Source: Malassezia furfur (Eukaryota). From it: a DNA stretch of 20,000 bases. The translations under genes and the position numbers were made by a program. Positions 10,260-19,192 of this stretch are shown piece by piece (the first letter of the stretch is position 1; each line of letters starts with the position of its first letter). Location: NCBI GenBank assembly GCA_052055015.1, contig JBQJIT010000020.1; one strand, written 5' to 3'. The notes below the pieces were generated by a model. It worked only from the letters and a program-made list of their open reading frames with translations, was not told the origin of the DNA and did no database searches.

Positions 10260-10349
10260 GACTTTATAACTCAGTTGGTTAGAGTACCACGTTAACAACG
10301 TGGAAACGGAATTCCGTGGAAGTCCCCGGTTCGAGCCCGGGTAAAGTCA
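10260..10349 (+). tRNA. tRNA-Val(AAC): tRNA-Val (anticodon AAC) with a probable 16-nt intron at 10298-10313
   Basis: Acceptor stem GACTTTA/TAAAGTC with discriminator A. D arm ACTC-AGTTGGTTA-GAGT. Anticodon arm CCACG-TT-AAC-A^C-CGTGG. Variable loop AAGTC. T arm CCCGG-TTCGAGC-CCGGG. The insert ACGTGGAAACGGAATT sits at the canonical 37/38 position. Confidence 0.92.
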
Positions 10350-10352
10350 CTC

Positions 10353-10358
10353 TTTTTT
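10353..10358 (+). terminator. RNA polymerase III oligo-T terminator
   Basis: TTTTTT begins 4 nt after the tRNA discriminator base. Confidence 0.8.
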
Positions 10359-10370
10359 GCGTGGATTCAC

Positions 10371-13131
10371 CTATTTTGGAGCGCGCGCCTCGGCGAACAC
10401 GTGTTTCCAAGCCAAGAGAACTTGGAGGGTATCACGATCGGATGGATCGTCCTGGACTTGTGGATGCTTTTCTTGAGCATGAATCCATTCATAGAGATTG
10501 TTAGAGATCACATTCACGGCCTCTTTTGCATAGTCTTGTGGGCGCGCTACGCCGGTGTCCAGCAGCCATTCGGCATACTCCAGTTTGCTTTTCCGGCACT
10601 GCTCATTGGGGAGCGGGAATGTGGCCGAGCGCGAAAAGAGATGTTGAGCCCAAAGGAACCGAGGCATTGCGAAGGCTTGCAGCGCGACCGCAGGGTTGTG
10701 CAATTTGTCCGAGGGAAGGAACAGGATATTCCGCAGGTTTTGCAAGAAGATATATGCCCCTCCGCAGTCTTCCAGTGCAGGGGCAGTCTCGTTTGGCGGA
10801 GAGATACAGACCAGTATTTGTTGCAAGGACGTCTCTAGCATCGATATGTCCCGCATGATCTGAATCTTTTCTTCCTCCTCGTGCAGTCGAATTAATGTCA
10901 CGAATAGAAGGAAAGCCCGCAGAACAAATTGTACAAGATCTGTCACCATAGTCTTGACCTCGTCCGAGACCGTGATGCGGTTCAAGATGCCGTTTCGGAG
11001 AGAAGTGAGTCGTGCGTGCAGCTCCAGCATGTAGGTGCTCACAGGAGATTTGTTCGGATGACCCGCCGGTGCCGCTCTTGCCTTCTCGAGCTTGAACCGG
11101 GACATACGTGCCAGGACGCCCAACAACTCGGCTTGGACCGACCGGCACAGTGGATCCATCAGATCCTGACGGAGCATGCGTCGTGCTGTTTGCTCCCATT
11201 CCAACGCCTGCTCGGAAAGAGCGTGGAGAGACGCGGAATCGGTTCGCAGGCTCTGTAAAAAGGCGACCAGTGCGCTTATCACAGCCGCATTTTGAAGTTG
11301 CTGACGAGGCGGTTGTGGCTTTTGGAGCATGTACACCATGTCGTCGCGCGAAATTTGATCACGCAAGTCAGCCAACAAAGCGACCATCGCTGAAGAAAGC
11401 GTCTCGCCCATCCTGCGCGTCAGCCGCTCATCGGCGTTACATGCACTAGACTCTGTCGTAGCGATGCGCATCACAACGCAGGTCAGCGCAGGCATCTCTG
11501 ATGCGCTACTAGGGTTGGACAACACGGAGTGCAAAGATTGCCGTCTCTCCCCCAGCTCCTGGGTCACAGTGCGCAAATAAGACTGCTCAAGCTCACCCAG
11601 CAAAGAGAGCACCGACTTGGGCCAATCTTCGAAGTTGGTCGGTACAGACGACTCGTCCGTCAACAGTGCAATTCTTGCAAAAAGTTCCTTGAAGGTAGTC
11701 AGCAAACGAGGGTAGGTCGAAATCACAATGAACCGCCAAAAGTCGGACTCCTCAACGCATTCATGCACAACCATGCGAAAGTTGCGCGCAAAGGACGTCC
11801 ACAACAGCTCTGTCGGTTTTTCGCGCAGTTGCTTCGTAAGTGCGTCAACGTACATGCATCAACGACTCCAGGAGCGTCGCATCCGACCTGCTGGTATGCT
11901 TGGAACGCAGTACATACTCGAGCAGGTTGATCTTGGTAAATATAGGTGCCATTTCGTCAACGACCAACGAGTGCAGCTGCGCCCATACGCCTGAAGTCCA
12001 TTGCTGCAGAAGCTGTGCATCCTCGGCCACCATTGCACGGCCCGGAAGTTGGTAGTGCATCGAAAGCAGCGCCTTGAATGAAAACGAAGGCGGCTGGGTT
12101 TTTCCGAGCCCCTTGCCAATGGTATACAGATCCAAGGCCGAGCGGATGCGTTCAAGCAAAACGGCGTTGAGGTCTTCAATAAAACTCTCGACCAAGTGGG
12201 CCAGCTGGTGGCGATGCTCGGCGGCCTGAAGTGCAAGACCAAGCAGCACGGGCGACAAGTGTCGAATGCCGTACAATAGCGTATTTTCGACTTGCTCCTG
12301 AAGCAGCTGCGACGCAACCGGCAGCAGCGCCAAGTGAGGCGCGAGAAAGTCGAGCTGCGCGCAGTCCTCACGCAGTTTTTTGTCCAGCTCGTCCTCGTCT
12401 TTCCATGGCTCCAGAAGCTGCTCCAAATTCTCCAGAGTGATGCAGGTAGACAGAATGTGGGTAGCACGTTGCTGCATCGCTTTGGGATCCTGTGAGGAGC
12501 TCGTGGCATCTGCGCCAAGAATGGTATTCATCTGAGACGACAGGCGCATGCACAAAGCAACCATCTCTTGTGCATGCAATACGAGCTCTTCTCTCTCCTG
12601 CAATGCTTCGAGGCGCGTCTGGTTTTCTTCGATGCGTCGCAGCGAGGACGTCACATTCGAGCGCACACTGCGTCAGTTCCCGCCCACATACGATTTCACG
12701 CGATGATCGAGTTTGCTAAACTCTTGCAAATTATCCGACACAGCATCGCGGAGGGGCGCTACATTGGTGACGCGCTCCAAGAACTGCCCCGAATGCAAGG
12801 TGATCTGGTGTGAGATGCGCACCTACCAAACCGTGAATATCTTGGTCGACCTCGGTGATGGACACATTTAGGCGACTCAGTGCCACGCGCATATCTGTGT
12901 CGACCGAGGCGACACGATTCGAGACGCCAAGCGGATTCTCGGATGCCGAGGCGGGTTCCTGGGGCCGTGCCGGCGAACCCAGAAACTGGCTGGCATACGT
13001 CTGTGCATCAAAGTCATCGCGCAGAAACGCGGCGTGATCTGTGTAAGCAAAATCCACCTACCAAATGAGCCAGATGCGGGCTTTGCAGGTCCCGAGCTTT
13101 TCTCGGAGAGGGCCGCGCTCGTGTCGGCCAT
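10371..13131 (-). CDS. COG5: Conserved oligomeric Golgi complex subunit 5; 5 exons, about 889 aa
   Basis: Exons 13131-13062, 13038-12827, 12804-12692, 12667-11854 and 11831-10371. Introns of 23, 22, 24 and 22 nt (13039-13061, 12805-12826, 12668-12691, 11832-11853) join the ORF-track fragments into one frame. The N-terminus FLRDDFDAQTYASQFL...ALSRLNVSITEVDQDIH and the C-terminal SPVSTYMLEL...RAFLLFVTLIR...KIQIMRDISMLE resemble COG5. Confidence 0.82.
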
Positions 13132-13311
13132 GGCAGCGCACCTCCGCAATCGTCGAACGCGGAGCGTGCACGCGCACGGACTGGGAATTATGCAAGATGA
13201 GTTGGACCCGGTAGCGCCTTGGGCAGCGGTAGAGCAGGGCCACCGATGGACGGTGCCTAGGCAATGTCTATGAGCGTGGTTTTGGGGGAGTGTAGTCTAT
13301 GCCGAAGTTTC

Positions 13312-13815
13312 CTAGGCCTGCTTCGACCGGCTTTCAATCTCGCGCTGGATCAGCTCCTCCTGCCACTTCTGGATTTCCCTCTCGCTGGCAACGATCCCGC
13401 GCTGGCCTAGCTCACGCATGGCGCGGTTACGAATTAGGTTGTCGTGGGTACGCTTCTCGTACTCAAACCGCTGCAGCGCAGTCTCAGCCGCAAAGACGAG
13501 CCCAATCGAAGCCGCTGCGTGAGTACAGTTAACGTGCCTGACATAGTCAAGAACGCTTTGAACGCAAGCGTTTGGCGCCTGTGGTGTCAGTTGACCGACG
13601 TACCGGAACGAAGGGAAGATGTGGTGCGACGCAAAGACACCGGTGAAGCCGACAAAACCCCACACCAAGGCTCCGCGAATGCCCGCACGCTACATGAGTC
13701 ACGTATGATCATTACACACCACCTGGAGATCGTGCGCGTTTTTGATGTTCTCTTTGTCGAATTGCCTTCGCTCACGGTTAGTGAGTAAGCCAGACGACGA
13801 CCCCTTCGTGTCCAT
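13312..13815 (-). CDS. Small two-TM fungal membrane protein (weakly Rcf2/Rcf3 N-terminal-like); 4 exons, about 141 aa
   Basis: Exons 13815-13720, 13689-13604, 13578-13538 and 13514-13312. Introns are 30 nt, 25 nt and 23 nt (the last is GC-AG). Spliced product: MDTKGSSSGLLTNRERRQFDKENIKNAHDLQVRAGIRGALVWGFVGFTGVFASHHIFPSFRRQTLAFKAFLTMSAASIGLVFAAETALQRFEYEKR...SKQA, with two hydrophobic helices linked by PSFRRQTLAFKAFL. Confidence 0.72.
13515..13537 (-). other. 23-nt non-canonical GC-AG spliceosomal intron
   Basis: GCACGTTAACTGTACTCACGCAG. The donor GCACGT parallels the common GTACGT, and the branch ACTCAC-GCAG matches other introns here. It is the only nearby donor that restores the frame. Confidence 0.7.
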
Positions 13816-13915
13816 CGCGTTGAACGTAGATCCGATCGGAGAAGCAATTAAGGGCCGGAAGCACGAATGTGGAGAAAAATGCGCCGAAAAAATTCTCCCT
13901 GAAGCCTGCATCATT

Positions 13916-14775
13916 ATGGGCAGCTCAAAGAGCAGTGCGAGTTCGAGCAGCGTGGTGGTTTCGCCAGGTAGGTGAGCTGGTTCTGATACAGACGCTCTGC
14001 GACTGGTGCACGCCTTTCTCTATACACACGCGAAGCCGAAACTTGCGTCCAAGCTCGCGGACCAGTACCCTAAGCTGCATTTGGAGGAAGATGCGAGCCG
14101 GGCGGAGGAGCTCTCGAATGCGCTCGTGCACACGGTGACGAGTGCGCTGGCGGTCCCGAACTCCGAAATTTCGCGTATTTTGAGCGGGGAGAAGAAGAAG
14201 GCGCGTAAGTCGGAGGAAAAGGAGTCCAAGAAATCGAAGAAGGCCAAGGTGCGTGTGCGTCATTGACCACAGAAGAATGACGACGTACTTGCACCCGTGG
14301 TCGAAGAACCCGACACGGCAAACGAGTCTGCCATGCAGGTAGATGTCACGGAAGCGTCTGCGCCAGCGTCTGCGCCTGAGGCAGTGACCGAGGTTTCGGT
14401 GACCGAGTCGCAGCCGTCGGGCGAGACGGTTGTCACAAAGACCGTACAAACCGAGGCGCCTAAGCCCTCCAAGAAAACGAAAACACCCGGAGAGCGCTTC
14501 CAACGGGTCAAGTCAGACCAAGCGACGTTCCTGGATGACCGTTTGCGGGATATGAGTTATGCTGCAAAGGTACGTGATGCGCTGATACAGTCCGGTGCGG
14601 GCGACTACGGCGCGCGTGCAAATGCCGATCTGATCGTTACGCAGGGCAAGGCGTTCACGAAAGAAAAGAACAAAAAGAAGCGCGGGAGCTATCGCGGCGG
14701 GATCATTGACCAGGGTTCACAGTACGTGTATACACTCACACCAGCTCCATCAAATTCACGTACGACGATGAGTAA
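13916..14775 (+). CDS. SRP40: SRP40/Nopp140-like nucleolar protein; 5 exons, about 255 aa
   Basis: Exons 13916-13967, 13992-14248, 14273-14569, 14591-14721 and 14745-14775. Introns are 24, 24, 21 and 23 nt. The spliced C-terminus RFQRVK...DDRLRDMSYAAKSGAGDYGARANADLIVTQGKAFTKEKNKKKRGSYRGGIIDQGSHSIKFTYDDE* is the SRP40_C domain. The N-terminal LRLVHAFL is LisH-like. Confidence 0.92.
14570..14590 (+). other. 21-nt in-frame, stop-free intron in SRP40
   Basis: GTACGTGATGCGCTGATACAG has the consensus donor and the same CTGATACAG 3' end as intron 13968-13991. Removing it deletes VRDALIQ from within the SRP40_C domain. Confidence 0.75.
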
Positions 14776-14781
14776 GCTGCG

Positions 14782-16652
14782 TTATGCGGTGCCCTCAGTG
14801 CGTTCGCCGTGGGCGACCGCCTCGTCCCACATGCCGATCTCGAGCCGGGTGGCCCTGTGTGAGTAGTTGGCACGTACGTATTCCATATCTCTTGGAGATG
14901 GTCCGCCTCTTCCACCGAAGGCATCACGCGTGCGGCACAGCGCTCAAGCATGTCCAGGGTGGATCGCACTGCGCCCTGGAATTCGTCCCCGCCGTACTCG
15001 TCCAGCCAGGCCTCATAGCTGGGGTCAAGCGCGCTACTCGGGGTAGAGTGCTTCTGGCGCTGCTCCTTGAGCCAAAGGCCTACCTCGGCGTACCCAAACG
15101 CGCACGATGCGACTGACACGAGCAGGGGTAGAATGCCTTCGCGGGCCGTGTCCATCACGTAGCGTGTGTACGCCATGGTCGCGCGGCTCTCTTCGGTGCG
15201 CTCGAGTTCGTTGCGCGAAATTCCGACACGCTCGCACACCATGGCATGCACGTGTGTCTCATCAATGGCGGCCCGCGAAATGGTGAGGTAGTCGCGCAAA
15301 TCATCTGGCGAGCACGTCGGATCGGACGCCGCGGCGGCCCACACACGGGCATAGTGCTTGAGGTACAGGTAGTCTTGCCGCATGAACCACACAAACGCCG
15401 CTTTGGACAGCTTGCCATTGCACATGCGTGCCACAAACGGATGGCGCGTGTACAAGTGCCACAGATGCCACGAACGCGCAATGAGCCTGGTCGTGAGCGG
15501 CGCCGCACACCGCGCCGAGTGCTGAGGAATGCCGCGCGGCATGACGTGCGCGCCATGGTTGAGCGGGCCGGCGCCCTTGCCGAGGTCCTCGATGCTGTTC
15601 TGCAGCGCCTCTTGCAGAAACTGCAGGCCATGGGCCACGGCGATCCGCAGGGGACGTCCGTGCGCATGGGCCGCACAGATCGCGGACGACAGCGTACACC
15701 CCGTGCCGTGCGTCGCGCTGGTCGCGATGGTAGGTTTGATGAACACGGTCGTGTGCTGCGTCGCGGATTCGTACAGTACATCTACTGTGTAGGAGGGTGG
15801 ACCGACATCGGGCAGGTTGCGTCGCAGCATACGCACGTCGTTGGGTCCGTGCACAAGAAACACGTCGAGTTGCGGCGCATGGAAAGCAGAGGCACCGAGC
15901 ACCTGCGCAATGTCGCTGCGCTCGTTGGGCTCGACGCGTACCGAGAGCGCTACCGTGCCGTGTGCATTGCGCCTCGTCGACACGCGCGTGTCGCTAAAGC
16001 CGGCGATTGCTTCGTCGTCGGTGTACAGGGGGAGCGACACGCCCGCATCCTGGAGCGCCTCTTGCAGATCGCTGTGCGTGATGGGAACATGCCCGCCCTT
16101 GACGAGCACGTTGGCGACGCCCAGCTTCGCAATGGACTGCGCCGAAGCCATCATCTTGGCAAGGTCAGTCGAGGCCGCCGGCGGCGTTTCGCCGGCGCTC
16201 TGGAGTATTATCTCGGTCTCAGGTAGGTTGGGGGTAAGCAGTGTACAGAGGGGAAAGAGTCCCTCGATCAGCGCGCCAACTGCGTCGCGCTCGAGCAGCA
16301 GTGAGCCCGAGGTCGAGACCATCACGGGGTCCAGCACGACCGGCGCACCGTGCTGCTTCTGCGCCATGGCGATGCACTGGATGACTTCGCGGACGATGGG
16401 TGCATTGGCGAGCATTCCAATCTTGATCGCGTCAATGCGCACATCCGTCGCAACCGAGTCGAACTGCGCGCGCACGAATGCCGGATCCGGGGTGTGGACG
16501 CTTTGTACGCCCTGGGTGTTTTGGGCGGTGAGCGCGGTGAGCACCGACATGCCATACGTCTGCAGAGCAAGAAACGTCTTCAAATCCGCCTGGATTCCGG
16601 CGCCGCCACCAGAGTCGGAGCCCGCTATGGTCAACGTGCGCGGAAGCGCCAT
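14782..16652 (-). CDS. THI20: Hydroxymethylpyrimidine(-phosphate) kinase fused to TenA/thiaminase II (THI20 family); 2 exons, about 615 aa
   Basis: ATG at 16652 gives [26 protein letters not shown]. Kinase motifs are [40 protein letters not shown] and [11 protein letters not shown]. TenA motifs are [20 protein letters not shown] and SCAFGY. Removing the 23-nt intron 14855-14877 restores the TenA ending [17 protein letters not shown]...TA* (TAA at 14784-14782). Confidence 0.93.
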
Positions 16653-16718
16653 GGTGTGGGGTAGCAGCCGGGTTTCGGGCGCACGGCGCGCCGGCCTCCA
16701 CCCGCCGCCTGTTCTTCC

Positions 16719-19130
16719 ATGGCGACGGCCGATCCGCTGTCGTACGTCAGCTCGACACGCGCGTTTGCCTACCTGACGGAGCGCGGCGAGGATGCGCTGC
16801 ATGCTGTAAAGGAGGCACTCGGCTCGGGGTCGAGCAAGTACCTCGATGCCGACCCCAGCGCGATCCGCAAGCAGCTCGAGAGCGGCAGCGACGTCGAGCG
16901 CCTCGAGGGGGTGAAGCATGTGCTTGCCCTGATCTCCAAGGGACGCGATCCCACGCCGTTCCTCGCATCCGTATTCAAGCTGGCATCCACCACCTCGCTT
17001 GAGGTGCGCAAGCTCGTGTACATTGTCGTGCTGCGGTATGCACGCACCCAGCCCGACCTCGCCCTGCTGTCGATCAACAGTTTCCAGCGCGACCTCACCG
17101 AACCCAACGCACTGATCCGCGGCATGGCGCTGCGTACACTGAGCGGCATGCGCGTCAAGGCCGCCGAGTCGATCGTGACCCTCGCCATCGGCAAGGCTGT
17201 GCGCGATACCCACCCCTACGTCCGCCGCGTCGCGGCGTATGCGCTGATGCGCAGCTACCAGGCAGACCCCGACCATGCCGACATGTACGTCGAACTCGTC
17301 CAGACGCTGCTCCGTGACCGCTCGCCGCAGGTGCTGGGCCCCGCACTCGCCGCGTACACGGCGATTTGCCCGGGCCATTGGGAGCAGCTGCATCGGCACT
17401 TTCGCAAGCTGTGCTACGCGCTCGGCGACATGGACGCCTGGTCACAGCCTGGCGCAGTCGACGTGCTTGTGCACTATGCGCGCCTACACCTTCCCGAGCC
17501 GCGCGATGCACAGGACATCGATGCCGATCTCGCTCTACTTGTCGATCATCTCGAGCCACTGCTCGCCAGCACCAACCCCGGCGTAGTGATGGCCGCTGTG
17601 CGCGCTTTGCTGCTTGTCGCACCCACCGTGCGGCACCGCCGTGCAATTACGGCGCTCGTGCGCCTCGTGCGTGACACACCCGACGTGGCCTACATCGCGG
17701 CGCTGCGTGTGCTTGCGCTGGACGCCACCTACATCCCGCTGGTTGCACCGATGGCCGCGCATTTTTACGTGCGTGCCGACGACCCCGAGTACCTGGCGCG
17801 CGCCAAACTGCGCGTGCTGCTCCGTACCGCGCAGCCGAGCACGGCACGGGCCTTGGCCGACGAGCTCGTCGTGTATACCCAGGCGGCGTCCACCGCCGTG
17901 GCGCTCGACAGTGTCACGGCGCTGGGGAACGTCGCGTGCCGCTTTGACGCACATGCCGCGCACTGCCTCAAGCTGCTCATTGGCGTCGCGCAGGACACGA
18001 GCAGCGCCGAGCCGGTGGCCAGCCGCGCGGTACAGGTTGCCAAAATGCTCATGGCAATCCCGAACGTGATCGGCGACAAGGTCGTTGTGCGCGTCGTTGC
18101 CCAGTTTGCGCTGCGCCTCTTTGCGCCGCTCGCGCGTGCGGGACGGCCCAAGGATGCACGCATGCCATCGATCCTGCTCGACTCGTCGTCGCGCGCTGCG
18201 GCGCTTTGGATGCTGGGACAGTACGCGCGCGCGACGCTAGTGCCGGCGACGGATACGACGCCGAGCGCGACGCTCTGTGAGCTGCTTGTGCCCGATATAC
18301 TCCGCTGCCTGACGGCGCACTGGCACAAAGAGCACGCAAGTGTCCAGTGTGCCACGCTCACGCTCGCGGCCAAGGCAATTGTGATACTCCCCGATGTCGG
18401 CGCCCCAGTGGCCGTACGCAGTGCGACGCTGACGCTCTACCATGCGCTACTGGCGCTCGGCGCACCGAGCCGTGACGCGGATGTGCGTGACCGCGCGCGC
18501 TTCTACGGAAGCCTCACACGCAAGTGCGCCGAGGAGCAGGCGCCGCACTCGCCCGACGTCGACGCTGCGCACGAGCAGTTCTGGGCACAGCACCAGGAAC
18601 TCGACCGGCAGCGCCTGCCCGGTGTGCGTCTCCGGCGCGCACAGGTGCAGCATGTCCTCTTTGCACACGACACGGCCGAGGCCGCATCAATCGGCGCGCA
18701 GCTTGCCCTGGATACCCCCGTGTGCCCGCCCGAGGCCGTGCCAACCTTGGCCGGCCCCGTCTTTTTGCGGGGGGCCGCGGCGGCGCACGTGCCGGCGTGG
18801 CGCCCAGCGTCGGAACTGCCGCCGGCGATCGTGCGCATGCCCGAGGCGGAGCCGGCGCACGCCGAGATGGCCAACGTGCGCTCCCTGTCGAGTGCCTCGG
18901 TGCCGCCCGCGGCTGCAATCGAGCCACGTGCGCCGGTGGAGCGCGTGGTGCTGACGCCCAAAGAGACGCGCGCACCGCCACGGGCCGCATACCAGGCGCG
19001 CTATGCGGACCTCGATGCATTCTTTGACGAAGACGACGAGGAATCTGCGCGCGCAAGTCTCGACGAGGCCGCGCCCGAGGACGACGAGTATGCGCAGAGC
19101 GACTCGAGCGGCTCGAGCGATTCGGCGTAG
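16719..19130 (+). CDS. APL6: AP-3 adaptor complex beta subunit, 803 aa
   Basis: Adaptin-N motifs [89 protein letters not shown] and DVRDRARF. The acidic/Ser tail after DLDAFF is typical of fungal beta3. Confidence 0.92.
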   Translation: MATADPLSYVSSTRAFAYLTERGEDALHAVKEALGSGSSKYLDADPSAIRKQLESGSDVERLEGVKHVLALISKGRDPTPFLASVFKLASTTSLEVRKLVYIVVLRYARTQPDLALLSINSFQRDLTEPNALIRGMALRTLSGMRVKAAESIVTLAIGKAVRDTHPYVRRVAAYALMRSYQADPDHADMYVELVQTLLRDRSPQVLGPALAAYTAICPGHWEQLHRHFRKLCYALGDMDAWSQPGAVDVLVHYARLHLPEPRDAQDIDADLALLVDHLEPLLASTNPGVVMAAVRALLLVAPTVRHRRAITALVRLVRDTPDVAYIAALRVLALDATYIPLVAPMAAHFYVRADDPEYLARAKLRVLLRTAQPSTARALADELVVYTQAASTAVALDSVTALGNVACRFDAHAAHCLKLLIGVAQDTSSAEPVASRAVQVAKMLMAIPNVIGDKVVVRVVAQFALRLFAPLARAGRPKDARMPSILLDSSSRAAALWMLGQYARATLVPATDTTPSATLCELLVPDILRCLTAHWHKEHASVQCATLTLAAKAIVILPDVGAPVAVRSATLTLYHALLALGAPSRDADVRDRARFYGSLTRKCAEEQAPHSPDVDAAHEQFWAQHQELDRQRLPGVRLRRAQVQHVLFAHDTAEAASIGAQLALDTPVCPPEAVPTLAGPVFLRGAAAAHVPAWRPASELPPAIVRMPEAEPAHAEMANVRSLSSASVPPAAAIEPRAPVERVVLTPKETRAPPRAAYQARYADLDAFFDEDDEESARASLDEAAPEDDEYAQSDSSGSSDSA

Positions 19131-19192
19131 GCAGGTAGGAAGTAAGCGTCCACTTTTTTTGTGCCTCCACCCGACGCCTTTTTTTTGTCGCC

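Noticed and set aside
10371..13131. COG5 fragments as separate genes, a frameshifted pseudogene or programmed frameshifting
   Set aside because: Every break coincides with a GT...branch...AG segment whose removal exactly restores the frame.
14736..17399. 887-aa ORF-track version of THI20
   Set aside because: The N-terminal approximately 250 aa is the antisense shadow of AP-3 beta, and the C-terminal tail is read-through of a 23-nt intron. The real gene is 16652..14782.
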